A DNA stretch of 64,000 nt. Source: Thalia democratica (lineage: Eukaryota). Where the stretch lies: positions 29,636,001 through 29,700,000 of the forward strand of contig OZ241830.1 in assembly GCA_965202585.1 (NCBI GenBank), read 5' to 3'. Below are positions 49,501 through 59,400 of the stretch, piece after piece. Numbering within the stretch: position 1 is the stretch's first letter; each line of letters opens with the position of its first letter. The translations under genes were made by a program, and so were the position numbers. Below the pieces are notes generated by a model. It saw only the letters and a program-made list of their open reading frames with translations. It had not been told where the DNA came from and searched no databases.

Positions 49501-51300
49501 ATTATCTCAACATCAATAAAACATATTCTTCACCAAAATGTCCATTTTAGTCTAAAAAACATAACATACCAGTGTGGCTCCTGATGTGGACCTGGTAGTG
49601 GGACTGCCCGGCGCACACTAGACCGCAAGTCTCGCACACTATCGTGTTCACGTTCCTCCCGGATCTCTGGCTCGACGTCGGGGGCATTCCCAGGTTCGAG
49701 AGTCCCTCCATGAGGCCCTCGAACCTGCTGGAGGGGAAGCTGGCGGGAAAGTGGTTGCTGTCGAAGCTGCCCCCGGATGAAGTCGGGATGTCGGACCCTG
49801 GGAAACATTGGGTTGCTTGGTAACAAAGAAAATAAAAACAATTAATGCATTTAACAACTAATATCAATACTTTATTTATTTAAAAATTTGTAAGAAAAAC
49901 ATTGCAAACACAATTAAAAAAAAATAAAACTCAACCAACTGTCATCTAAGCTTTGGTCCCTGGTCAGGTTCAAATGAAATATTTTTCCGTCGCCGGTGCT
50001 TTCCCCGCTCTCCGCGGAAGTGCTGGGCGAAGTGTCGATTTTCTCCTCGCCCACGCTGTTCGGGGAGGACTTCTTGTCGATGACCAGGTCCTCGGGCTTG
50101 TTGCTGGGGTCGTGCGAATCGTCCGACTTGCTGAAGCCCGAGTCCGTTTCGTGGTTGCTGTGCGGGCGATCGTCGTACTGATGGTGGTGGTCTGCATGTG
50201 AAAAATTTAGTTAGAAATTGAAAAATTTTAAACTGTGTTTTCACGGCACTGGCGGTGGTGGTCTGTATTTAAAGAATATTGATAACAATTTTAACTTATT
50301 TTGTTAGTAGTGATCTTTGAACATATGATTTTTACTGATAAATTAAATCTATATAATTAAATAAATACATACAAACATGAACATTTTGAAACTGTTATTT
50401 TAAGTAAGGTTTTCTAGGCTGTTTTTTTAACCATTTTGTTTTGATTTGTTTGTAAAATGTCTTAATTGGATTTTTTCAGATAATTGTTTAAAAACTGATG
50501 TTTGTGCTGATGATTTTTTGCATAAAAAAAGATGTAAATTTTGAAATTTTTAAATTGGTATGGACTTTTTGCTTGTAAATTTTACCAATAAAAGTTAAAT
50601 AAGTCATAAAAAGACTAAATAAAATGGATCTATATACAAGTGAAATTTTTCAAATATATTTTTACTATAAATGATTTTGAACTACTTTTTTCTGAATTAC
50701 TGAATAAATTTTCTGTTTTATTGAAAAGGTCTTAGTTATAAATAGATGTTTGGTTCTAGTGTAAGTTATAAATTTTAAACATTTTTTGTTGCAGCATCTT
50801 TTGCATACTTGTCTAATTGTAATTTTTTTTTTAATTTCTTAAAATACTTAAATAAAAGTGTTTGATGACGTTGTTTTCATATATAAAAAGATCTTTTAAA
50901 TATTGTATCTCCAAATATCAAAAAAAAAAGATTGATATTTGCAGCAACTTTCACAAACTGATAGTAATTAGAATTTTTTTTATGAATCATCTTTAAATTC
51001 TAAACTAAAATTGTTTGTACAATGCTATTAAAATCGATATTACTTTTTTAATTAATAAAACTGTAAATAGACGATTTTAGGTCAACAACATAAAATTTCA
51101 ACATAAAAACCTTCGCCGTTGATCTCTTGCTTCTGATTGGCCCGCTGATCGCCGAAGTCCCTTTCTGATTGGACGTCCTCCTCCTCCTCGCTGTGGTGGT
51201 TCAGCATGGATCGGTTGTTGCTGAACGCTGATTGGTTGAAACTCGGCTTCTGCGATTGGCCCAAATCGATGGTCTGGTTGCTCAAGTCCTCGTTTGTCAT
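40040..51300 (-). CDS. IKZF: Ikaros-family C2H2 zinc-finger transcription factor (4+2 fingers), 11 coding exons, ~831 aa
   Basis: Exons 51111-51300, 49940-50191, 49570-49797, 49229-49396, 45306-45461, 43698-43972, 42755-43036, 42538-42631, 41790-41912, 40882-41060, 40040-40588. All introns are GT-AG, phases are consistent, and the total is 2496 nt. Fingers [55 protein letters not shown] and the C-terminal [10 protein letters not shown]...PLECNLCG...GNH match the Ikaros/Helios/Aiolos pattern. No specific vertebrate ortholog can be assigned. Confidence 0.95.
40882..41060 (-). CDS. IKZF: Ikaros-like exon 10
   Basis: Acceptor CTACAG, donor GTTAGT, 179 nt, phase 1 to 0; encodes [24 protein letters not shown]...PTPQQF. 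Confidence 0.85.
41790..41912 (-). CDS. IKZF: Ikaros-like exon 9
   Basis: Acceptor TTTCCACAG, donor GTTGGT, 123 nt, phase 1-1; Ser/Asp-rich. Confidence 0.85.
42538..42631 (-). CDS. IKZF: Ikaros-like exon 8
   Basis: Acceptor GTTTTTCAG, donor GTTAGT, 94 nt, phase 0 to 1; encodes [31 protein letters not shown]. Confidence 0.85.
42755..43036 (-). CDS. IKZF: Ikaros-like exon 7
   Basis: Acceptor TTTTCTTACAG, donor GTAATT, 282 nt, phase 0-0. Confidence 0.9.
43698..43972 (-). CDS. IKZF: Ikaros-like exon 6
   Basis: Acceptor GTTTTTCAG, donor GTCAGT, 275 nt, phase 1 to 0. Confidence 0.9.
44220..45050. promoter_or_regulatory. Intronic GC/CpG-richer island with RFX X-boxes (enhancer or internal promoter)
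   Basis: Perfect X-box palindrome GTTGCCATGGCAAC at 44738-44751, GTTGCTAAGTAAC at 44932-44944, Runx-like ACCGCA sites near 44490-44520 and TTCCCAC at 44487. No ORF fits the gene. Confidence 0.6.
45306..45461 (-). CDS. IKZF: Ikaros-like exon 5 (finger 4)
   Basis: Acceptor TTTTCAACAG, donor GTGAGT, 156 nt, phase 1-1; encodes [26 protein letters not shown]. Confidence 0.95.
46380..47100. promoter_or_regulatory. Intronic GC-richer non-coding island with X-box
   Basis: GTTTCCTAGCAAC at 46960-46972 plus GTTGCT half-sites at about 46920 and 46982. Confidence 0.5.
49229..49396 (-). CDS. IKZF: Ikaros-like exon 4 (fingers 2 and 3)
   Basis: Acceptor TTTTATCAG, donor GTTGGT, 168 nt, phase 1-1; encodes [55 protein letters not shown]. 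Confidence 0.97.
49570..49797 (-). CDS. IKZF: Ikaros-like exon 3 (finger 1); alternative in-frame acceptor at 49815
   Basis: Acceptor TTTCCCAG (or upstream TACCAAG), donor GTATGT, phase 1-1. Confidence 0.9.
49940..50191 (-). CDS. IKZF: Ikaros-like exon 2
   Basis: Acceptor CACATGCAG, donor GTTGGT, 252 nt, phase 1-1; encodes [43 protein letters not shown]... Confidence 0.9.
51111..51300 (-). CDS. IKZF: Ikaros-like first coding exon (5' UTR part 51301-51341)
   Basis: ATG at 51300 (MTNEDLSNQ...), donor GTTTTT giving phase 1, acceptor TTTTTTTTCAG|A at 51342. Confidence 0.85.
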
Positions 51301-52129
51301 TTTGTTTTTAAATTTTTTAATAAAAATTTAGCATTTTAAATCTGAAAAAAAATGTTGACTTTTAATATTTTCAGCAGTGGTTCCCAGGCAGTACAAATCT
51401 GGTGTTCTAGTATAGATAAACTAAACTTGTTTTTTGTATTTATTTGTTATATATGTTAATTAAGTATAGTTAGCATTTGTAAGTCATCGATTTCTACTGG
51501 TACTTGATGTTTTTTAACTCAATTTAATTGATTTTTGCTACCGGAACAAAATACATCGGAAGCGAATACTTTTAAAGATCAACTATTCATCATGCAACAA
51601 ACTTGTAATTAGTCTATCTAAGTAACTGTTTACCTTTTTAGTCATGTTGTCAAGGCGAAAACGTTTTTTCTGTGCTACAAAACAATAATCTCAACTGCTT
51701 TTGTAGCTGAAACTGGCAATCATTTTCGAAGGTTGTAAAAATTGATTATTTCTCAATACAAAACAAACAAACAGTTCTTCCAACTGTTTTGGTAACTAGG
51801 CTTTTTTATTACTTATCTCCTGTCAAGTTTAACTAACAGCCTATTTACTCTTTAAAGAAAACATAGTTTTAGATGTATTGCATGTTGTTATAGAAAACTG
51901 ACACAAATGTTAAGGGGGCGGCAAACGTTAAATAAAAACAGTAGTAAATTCATGAGTTGATCTAAACATGAACGTTATGTTTCTAAATGTAAGTCATATT
52001 ACAAAAAATATAATTAATTGAAAGATGGTAGCCAGTTTAGAACTGTGATTGTTTATTAATTACTTTTGTCTCAAAAAGAAATTCAAAAGAAAAATCAGCT
52101 TCAAGGGCCAACATGCAGTCGTAAAACTT

Positions 52130-52600
52130 CAAGCCAACCAACTTATATTAAAAAACATTTTTTAAAAATCACCCACCTGCACAAAACAATTTCAAATCAG
52201 AATCGGGCAGTTAAAAACATAATTGCGAAAATCGAGCCAGCATTTGTCACCTGCTGTTTGCAAGTGTGACGTCACACACACTGCTTTCATGTGTTTTTTT
52301 GTGACGTCACAGTTTGTTTGCGGATTTAGGTTAAATTAACGCACGAAGTTCGTGGTGGTCGTGAAAGGCAAAAGTTAAATGTTTTCAACTTCCGCTTGTG
52401 CTTCGGTGTCCTACAAAACCAAATTGACCAAACATGCCACCTGTCTGCTTTGTGAGTTTCTGAAACTGTGAGTTTTTGAAAGTTGTGTTGAAATCACCGC
52501 AATCGTGTTTTCCTCGCATGTGCTGGTAAACACAAACAAGGTAAGATTCACGACAAGTTTGTGCAGAATGTGACCTTTAAATGTTAAATCTTTCACACTT
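52130..52600. promoter_or_regulatory. Upstream island with paired CRE palindromes
   Basis: TGTGACGTCACA at 52265-52276 and 52300-52311. Confidence 0.5.
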
Positions 52601-52813
52601 TTTTTTCAAACGAAGGCTCTAGCTTTTTTGATGTAAAAAAAAAACTACGAAAATTATTTATCAAAAGAGCATAGTAGTATGCTTAAGTATCTAAAGTACA
52701 CAGCAAAAGTTAATAAGCCTTAAAAAAAAAAGAAAAACGATACTATCTTTATATTTACTAATACAAAAACTCAGTGTTTATACAATAGCTGATAGAAATG
52801 TATCTGAACTTAC

Positions 52814-52900
52814 CTGGTAATTTTTTTTTGTTGATGGTTGTTAAATTTTTAGTAGACAAGTAAAGTTCAAGACATGATTTGACAAGGCTCTAGCGTTAGT
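52814..52900 (-). other. Candidate non-coding 5' exon of the Ikaros-like gene (3' end at 52814; 5' end uncertain)
   Basis: Full-consensus minus-strand donor CAG|GTAAGT at 52813, about 1.5 kb upstream of the first coding-exon acceptor. Confidence 0.35.
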
Positions 52901-54069
52901 CATAAAACTATAAATAAGCTCTCGTGTATGTAGCTTGAAGTTCAAAAGAACACGAAATAAAAAATAAGATTCAAAAACACTTTTATAGAAAAAGGAAAAC
53001 TCAGCACACTTTAATAGAGTCTGTGAACATTAAATTTACTACACTTCTTTTCTAGTTGTCGTTTTTGTTACACCTGACGTAGTCAAAATAGGATTTAAAA
53101 TGTATGATGAAAAATTCATTCTAGAATAAACCTACAAATATTAAGATCGTATTAAATGAGCAAGTATTATAAAACTTAATTTAAATCGCCATGCCGTTAA
53201 AAATATTAATAAAAACGTCTCTTCATGTGTTGGCAGTTCAAAAGAAAACGTTAACCACACTCGTATAAGCCGGCGGAAAATATTTTCCGCAAGCCAATAC
53301 ACCTCTCATACTTACATGAACTCGCCAGGCTAAATTTCCCTAAATGACTGCGCGTCTTAAGATCGGTCGAACGTATTAAAATCGAATTAGCAGAAGTTCT
53401 TATCTGCGCCGCAAATCGCAAAACTTCAATTAATTAAACAACCAGGCCGCAAAAACGAGTTTGCTTGTCGTTTAGTTGTGTACTGTGGTGAAAGTTTTAT
53501 GTGTCTTGAAGTGGGAAATTAATAGTTTTAAGTGCTTTCAGATGGATTTGTTAATATAGTTTTACTGAAGTATTATTGTGTGAATAAGTATGAACTTGTG
53601 TTTGTTGTGTTTAATAAACACTAAAATACCTGAACTAGGTTTTAGAGTGTGAAATATTTACTATCTAGCTACGCTAAGAGCAAAAAACCTTTAAACCACA
53701 TTCAACATAATAAAACATGTATTACAGTTCTTGTTAAAAAATTATTTGTTTAATGGAATTAAAAGGTCAACGTGATCAGTATAAAATTAAAGTAAATCGA
53801 TGTAATTAAATATGTTAAAATTTATAAAAAAGTATTTAGGATATTACAGCACAAACAAGAGAGTCAAATTCCAAAACAATTTTTAGCCTTGGTAATATTA
53901 TAAGCCGCAAGAAATTACTTAAAGGAATTTTAATTACTTCTTAAATATTATGTTCTAAATTAATAACATTTTTATAGAAGAAAGGATATGCTTGCGATGA
54001 ACTTGATAAAGTTCTAAATTAGACTATTTTAAATTTTTCTCGAATTTTGAGCTAAATTCATAGCACAAA

Positions 54070-54850
54070 CATGAAACGCTCTACGATGCAGTTCGTTTCA
54101 AGTAGTTGCTATTTTTACCTGCGAAACCAACGAATCACGTTCGATCGTGGCCCCTTTGATATACAAGTTCTTGGCAGGTTGCCATGGAGACAAGAGCCAG
54201 TAGTCAAGTGCAAAAAAGGTTTTGTTTATTGCAAACTCGCATCAACAAACAAAACTGCATGGCAACGAGCTCCGTGTAGAGCGTTGTTATGGCAACAAAC
54301 AACTTTTTGCCAGGCGGCGACGCTAAATCTTGTTATTTCGCGTTAATTTTTGATTACATGTTCTTTTACACGTTTCGCAAAGAAAAAAAAGTTCAGTCTT
54401 TATTGTGAGTTTTTGCTTGTGCAGTGGTATTAGCACGGTCCGTAATTAATGCTCTCATTCGCTTAGCTTGCGTTTGTGAATTACACGCGGTAATTAATTA
54501 TAAAGCGCTGACGAGTAACATTTTCGTTTCTACTGCTGCCTACGACTTTTATAAGCACAAACGTGCATATTGAGCTCCGAACATTGAGCTTTGCAAAAAA
54601 CATTATAAAAACTACTTCAAACGAGAGTTCACAAAGTTCGGTGATTATAATAAAATAGGCCAATAAAAATCAAAAGTTGCATCTCCGAACTTTTCCCACC
54701 GACATCAAACGTGTCGCTGTGACAACCGCCGCGAAGAGTTTATATGGAAGCTGCTTCATGCGGCGAACGCACTCAACCGTAAAATCGATCGCGATTTTTT
54801 TACGAAGCGATTTCGAATGATATTTGTATTTCAGGCAATGTATCCTTGAA
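54070..54850. promoter_or_regulatory. Upstream island with X-box cluster
   Basis: GTTGCCATGGAGAC at 54178-54191, GCATGGCAAC at ~54257-54266, GTTGTTATGGCAAC at 54283-54296 and TTCCCAC at 54693. Confidence 0.6.
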
Positions 54851-57800
54851 AAATAACTTTTCTTACTGAAGCAAATTTTCCTTTTGAATTTATGTTTAAC
54901 ACAACAAAAAAAACTTGATAACACTTAAACTGTATAAACTTGATTTTGTATAACATAACAAAAATAGAAAAAAAATAATTAAAAAAAAATGCATACAAAA
55001 TATCAATACATTTCAATAAACCAAGTGCTTAACTTCATCTAAAAAACAATGTAGCTTCATTTCGTCATAAAGGTTTTTTATCCATGCTACAATAATTACT
55101 AAATATAAGTCATTTAACGTCACAGATAAGCTTGTTTAACCTATTATTTAACTGTCTGAAGTTTTTATGACTAAAGGTACGTATCAATGAGTGGTTTTAA
55201 AATTCCTAAATATAACTTTAAATTTAACCATATAATTAAAACTAAATAAACACAGCTTAAATTGCAAAGTCGATCTGTATGTTTGAAAATCAATGCAACT
55301 AAACGTAAAACCTATAACTGTTTTAACCCACCGTATTTCTACATTCTAGCATTTTCGGTAAAATTGAAGCAATTAAAAACAAGCCGTCACCTGTAAGCTT
55401 AAATCAGCTCTAAAAAACTCTTTCCATAAAAATAAAATAAAACTCTGCGCGTTAACAGGTTGTGTGCTGCTGATTTAGATGTAATTCCAAGCAAACAACG
55501 CCTACGCCAGACTATCATGCAAACAGCAATTCAAATAAGCTTTGGCTCCTTTGTTGCATTTGAACATACGCATTATACTTTGAACGCATGCATCCATTCA
55601 AGCTTTAATTCAAAATTTTCACGCATAAAAAACTGCGTTTCAATTATCAGGGCTTCGAAACCCGAAACTTTCATACTTTTTCCACTTCGTGACTAATTTA
55701 ACATTTAGTGCGCTTTTCAGCTTGACGAGTTCGGAAAACGTTTTTCTCACGGACTCGTTTCCAAGCGAATATGCATTTAGCGACGCGTGCTATATATAGC
55801 ATGCATCAAACTTCCTTGCGCTACAGCGTTTTAGGTTCAGATATTTTTTCGCAGCTTGTGAAATTTTACCAAATTGAAAAAAATACCTAGCTAGAAAACA
55901 AGTCAAAGCAACTTTTTATGTCTACTTATTAAATACTTTGTCTTGGTAAAATATACTACAATACAAAATTAATTTTGTGATGAGTAAAAGGTTACAAACC
56001 GAAAAAATCTTTTAAACAAACGTTTTTTAGATGAATATAATGCATTTAAATTTTTTTAATGTTTTTACATAAGGTTTACTAAATTTTGTAAGTATACTTT
56101 TGTGAAACACATGGATTGAAAGCACAGACCAACAAACTAAACTCTAACCGTTCAACAAAAAAACAAATCAAATTAACTTGTCAAGTATTTGCACAAAAGT
56201 CTAAACCACAACAAAATTCACACCTATGCTTAAAATTTCACCGAAATCCGAAACTAATAATCGAATCAGATTTGACAAAAAATTGAAAAATTCTCACAAA
56301 CCGCTGACAGGCTTTTTGTAATGGAACTTTCCAGTCTCCTTCACTTGAATGGAATTCGATGCAGTTTCGTTCAAAATGTTCTTGAAGGGATTGAGTCTCA
56401 ACAATACAAAGGCAGCCATCCGCGCAAAAGTTTAGGGAAGTTTGCGCGGTCATGCGAATCGAAGTTTCCGAAGTTTTCTGTGTTCCAAGAGCTTTGCGCA
56501 CCTGAAAAAGTCTGAAATTGATTTTACGCGTTCTCCAAAACGTTTTCAGGAGATCTTTTATTTTTTAAGAGCCGGCGTGTACCAAAACTAAATAATTTTG
56601 CTGTTATAAAACATTGAAATATTTTATTTCGAGAAAATAACTGATTTTTCGTAATAAACATTTCGAATTCTGTTATTTTCTTTTGTTTGAATAACTATGT
56701 AAAAATCCTCAAAGTTTACTTTTGTTTAAACTGATTAGGAGTTGTACAAAAAAAAAAGTTAAAACTGAACTTGCAACTAAGCAACAACTAACATATGCTA
56801 TCAGCAACAAACGCAAAACACTGATCAGCGAAAAACTTAATTAAAGCCACCATGTAAACTATAAATTAGTCAGCAAATTACCAGTTTACACGCAACAGAA
56901 ACATGTGTATACTTCCTAGTTGTAACAGAATTATGAAAAGTAAAATGTCTATACTTTTAGTTTTAAAGCAAGTACGTCTTTATTCAACATATATAGTACT
57001 AGCTGTAGAACTAATGTATTCAAAATATAACGAATCACTTAAGTATAACGAATAAAATTGCTTAAACATAGTATTAAACTGTACATTTAAAGAAGCTTGA
57101 AAAATATTTCCACTTAAAATTCTTCTCAACAAAAATATTGCCTCACAGGACAGCCCTGCGCGCCACCAACAAAAAACTCACGCGGCGAGATTTCAACTCT
57201 TTGCAAAAACGAGAGAGCTGGCAAAAAAAATCATCAAAAACGAGAGAGGCGATTTACTCAGGTGAGCTAACACTTGCGCTGATGAAAATATTCAGCCGAA
57301 AAAAAGGAAAAAAAAAAGTCAGATTTTTGCAGTTTTTGGCATCAGCTTTTTGCCCATCCCAAATTTTTTTCTTGTTGTTTTCTCAACATCGGTGCGCAAA
57401 TTCAAACTTTTTATCGCCGGGGAGAATCACAAAGCGAAAACAATGCCCGCGGCGATTTGCAAAATTGTTGTTTTATATTCTGCAGCACATTTCTTTATTT
57501 TATTTTCGAGCGTTTTCCACGAAAAATTGTGCACAACGATAATTGAGCGAGTTTATCCTCAAAACTTTGCCTTGCCTTTTCGACTCTGTTGTTTGTTATT
57601 TTCGAACGAGATTAAGCGCCTCGCCCAAATATTTGATGCCCGGCGTGCTTGTAGCTAGTAAAAAAAATTCAACGAAAGTAATTAAAATTTCAGCTGACGT
57701 TTGTCGAGTTGCAAAAAAATTCCAAAAAAAATTGTAGTCACGTTTTTAAACTAAACAACTTCCGCTTGGAACACATGCTGATTCATTGGAAATTGAAACG

Positions 57801-59099
57801 TTGGAAAAATTTACTGTTTTAATATAAACTAACTCAAATTTAAGCCTGGAATGAAGTTTTGAGTTATGTTAAACCGTTTTTTTGGAAACAGAATTGCTTT
57901 AAATGTAACTAAAAATTATTTTTTATTTAACAATAAAATTTTCAACACTTATGCAAAGTTTCAAAGCTTCAAAAATCTTAGCGCATATTAAGAGTAGATA
58001 AACTTAGGTACAATATAATAATCGAACAAAAAAAGCAATACTGCTGTTAAATTGAAAAAACTAATAAATTTTGCGTGCCTGAAGCCCATTGTTTATGTTG
58101 GTGATTATTGAGAATTCCAATTTTATTTTGAGCGTGACCCAGTAAACGTGACAGCGACATATGACTAAAGCGTGGAGTGTTGCAAACTGAACAAAGCGTC
58201 ACGCCAATTAAAAGTCCCAAGCTGTGAAACAATGATTATGAAACAAAGTTGAGCTTTGAGGAAAAAAAAATTATGCTGCATAAAGTAAACTGCTTTCTAC
58301 TGAATGTTTTAAATGTATATGAAAAAACTAAAATTTGTTGTTTTTAAAAGTTTTAAGCTGTGAAACGCACTGATTTTAAAATAGATTGAATTTGAAGTTA
58401 AAAATAAAATCTAAAAAAGCTTTGGATACTCTAATTTTGTAAAAAAAGGACAACAATTGGTCGACTATGCATTTTGGTCCTTTGTAAGTTTACAAAACAA
58501 AACTGACTTATATATTCATTGATTACAAATTTAAACCTTATTGTTTGTTTATACCTGTGCCACAATTTACCTGCAATTGTAGACCAAAGAACAAGAAAAA
58601 TTTTCTAAAGCTGTTTTGTTATTTTAGAAATGTTTTTTTTTATATTTAAGAATTATATATTCAATGTATCACATTATGTAATTAAAATAAAAACCAAGTG
58701 AATTGAATGTGAAATACCCGTCTAAATATAAAAGCAGTTCCAAGAATCTCAGACAAAATTAGTATACCAGTTGAAACTGAAAATTTACAAAATGTTTCGA
58801 GTTAGTCGATATCGTTCGATTACGAAATGCGTAAAAAATTCAAACAAACATTATAAGAAATATCAGTAAATCAAGTTATTTAAAATTAGTTTTAATTCGA
58901 ATATGCATTTTAGATCATGCTAAATAAAAGTAGAACTAATACTAAAATTAAAAAATAAGTTGTCAAGTAAAAAAAAAACACCTAAATAAAAAGTTTCTTT
59001 TAAAAAAACAATAATATTTTTCTCAATATATGTAAGATTGTTCGTCAAATGCAAAAAACTTATAATTTTTAAGAAGGTTCGATAAATCTGCCACAAACC

Positions 59100-59400
59100 T
59101 ACGGCGAACAAATGCGACGAAATCGGTTGCCAAAGCAACGCTCGATTCCACGCACCACTTTCCCACGATTCCCACCCGATACGTCACCAGCTGTTGTTAT
59201 TTGTGACGTCACAACAAACCAACTACGACTCCCACTACAAATGCGACATCTGGTCACCATGGCAGCGACGGCGACGAGGAAATATGGCAACCCGTGACGT
59301 CACAAATCGCCTTTAAAGTCGCGGCAAGTTCTGTGACGTGTAAATTGTGTTTGATTTTTCTGGCGAATTAAAGTGCGACCTTGGCTATAAAGCGGAATAA
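59100..59400. promoter_or_regulatory. Promoter-like island: X-boxes, two CREs, ZNF143-like site, GTGGGAA pair, TATA-like box
   Basis: GTTGCCAAAGCAAC at 59126-59139, TTCCCAC at 59160 and 59169, GTGACGTCAC at 59203 and 59294, ACTACGACTCCCA at 59222-59234, GTCACCATGGCAGC at 59253-59266 and CTATAAAG at 59385-59392. Confidence 0.6.

Noticed and set aside
40047-50244. Many overlapping ORFs on both strands (e.g. 40145-40333, 42794-43042, 43732-44004, 49530-49841, 49953-50201)
   Set aside because: They are shadow frames of GC-rich Ikaros-like exons; only the phase-consistent minus-strand frame is supported.
56420-56449. 9-bp hairpin CCGCGCAAA/TTTGCGCGG as a possible miRNA or terminator
   Set aside because: The stem is too short for a pre-miRNA; at most it is an inverted pair of factor-binding sites.
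57279-57301. CTGATGA...GAAA resembling a hammerhead core (also CTGATGA at 60335 and, on the minus strand, ~2992)
   Set aside because: No stem II or stem III pairing and no NUH site in the right position.
57138-57737. ORFs of 134, 102 and 64 aa in the upstream region
   Set aside because: Poly-A/T-driven composition, mostly non-ATG starts, no domain or splice logic; better explained as a regulatory island.
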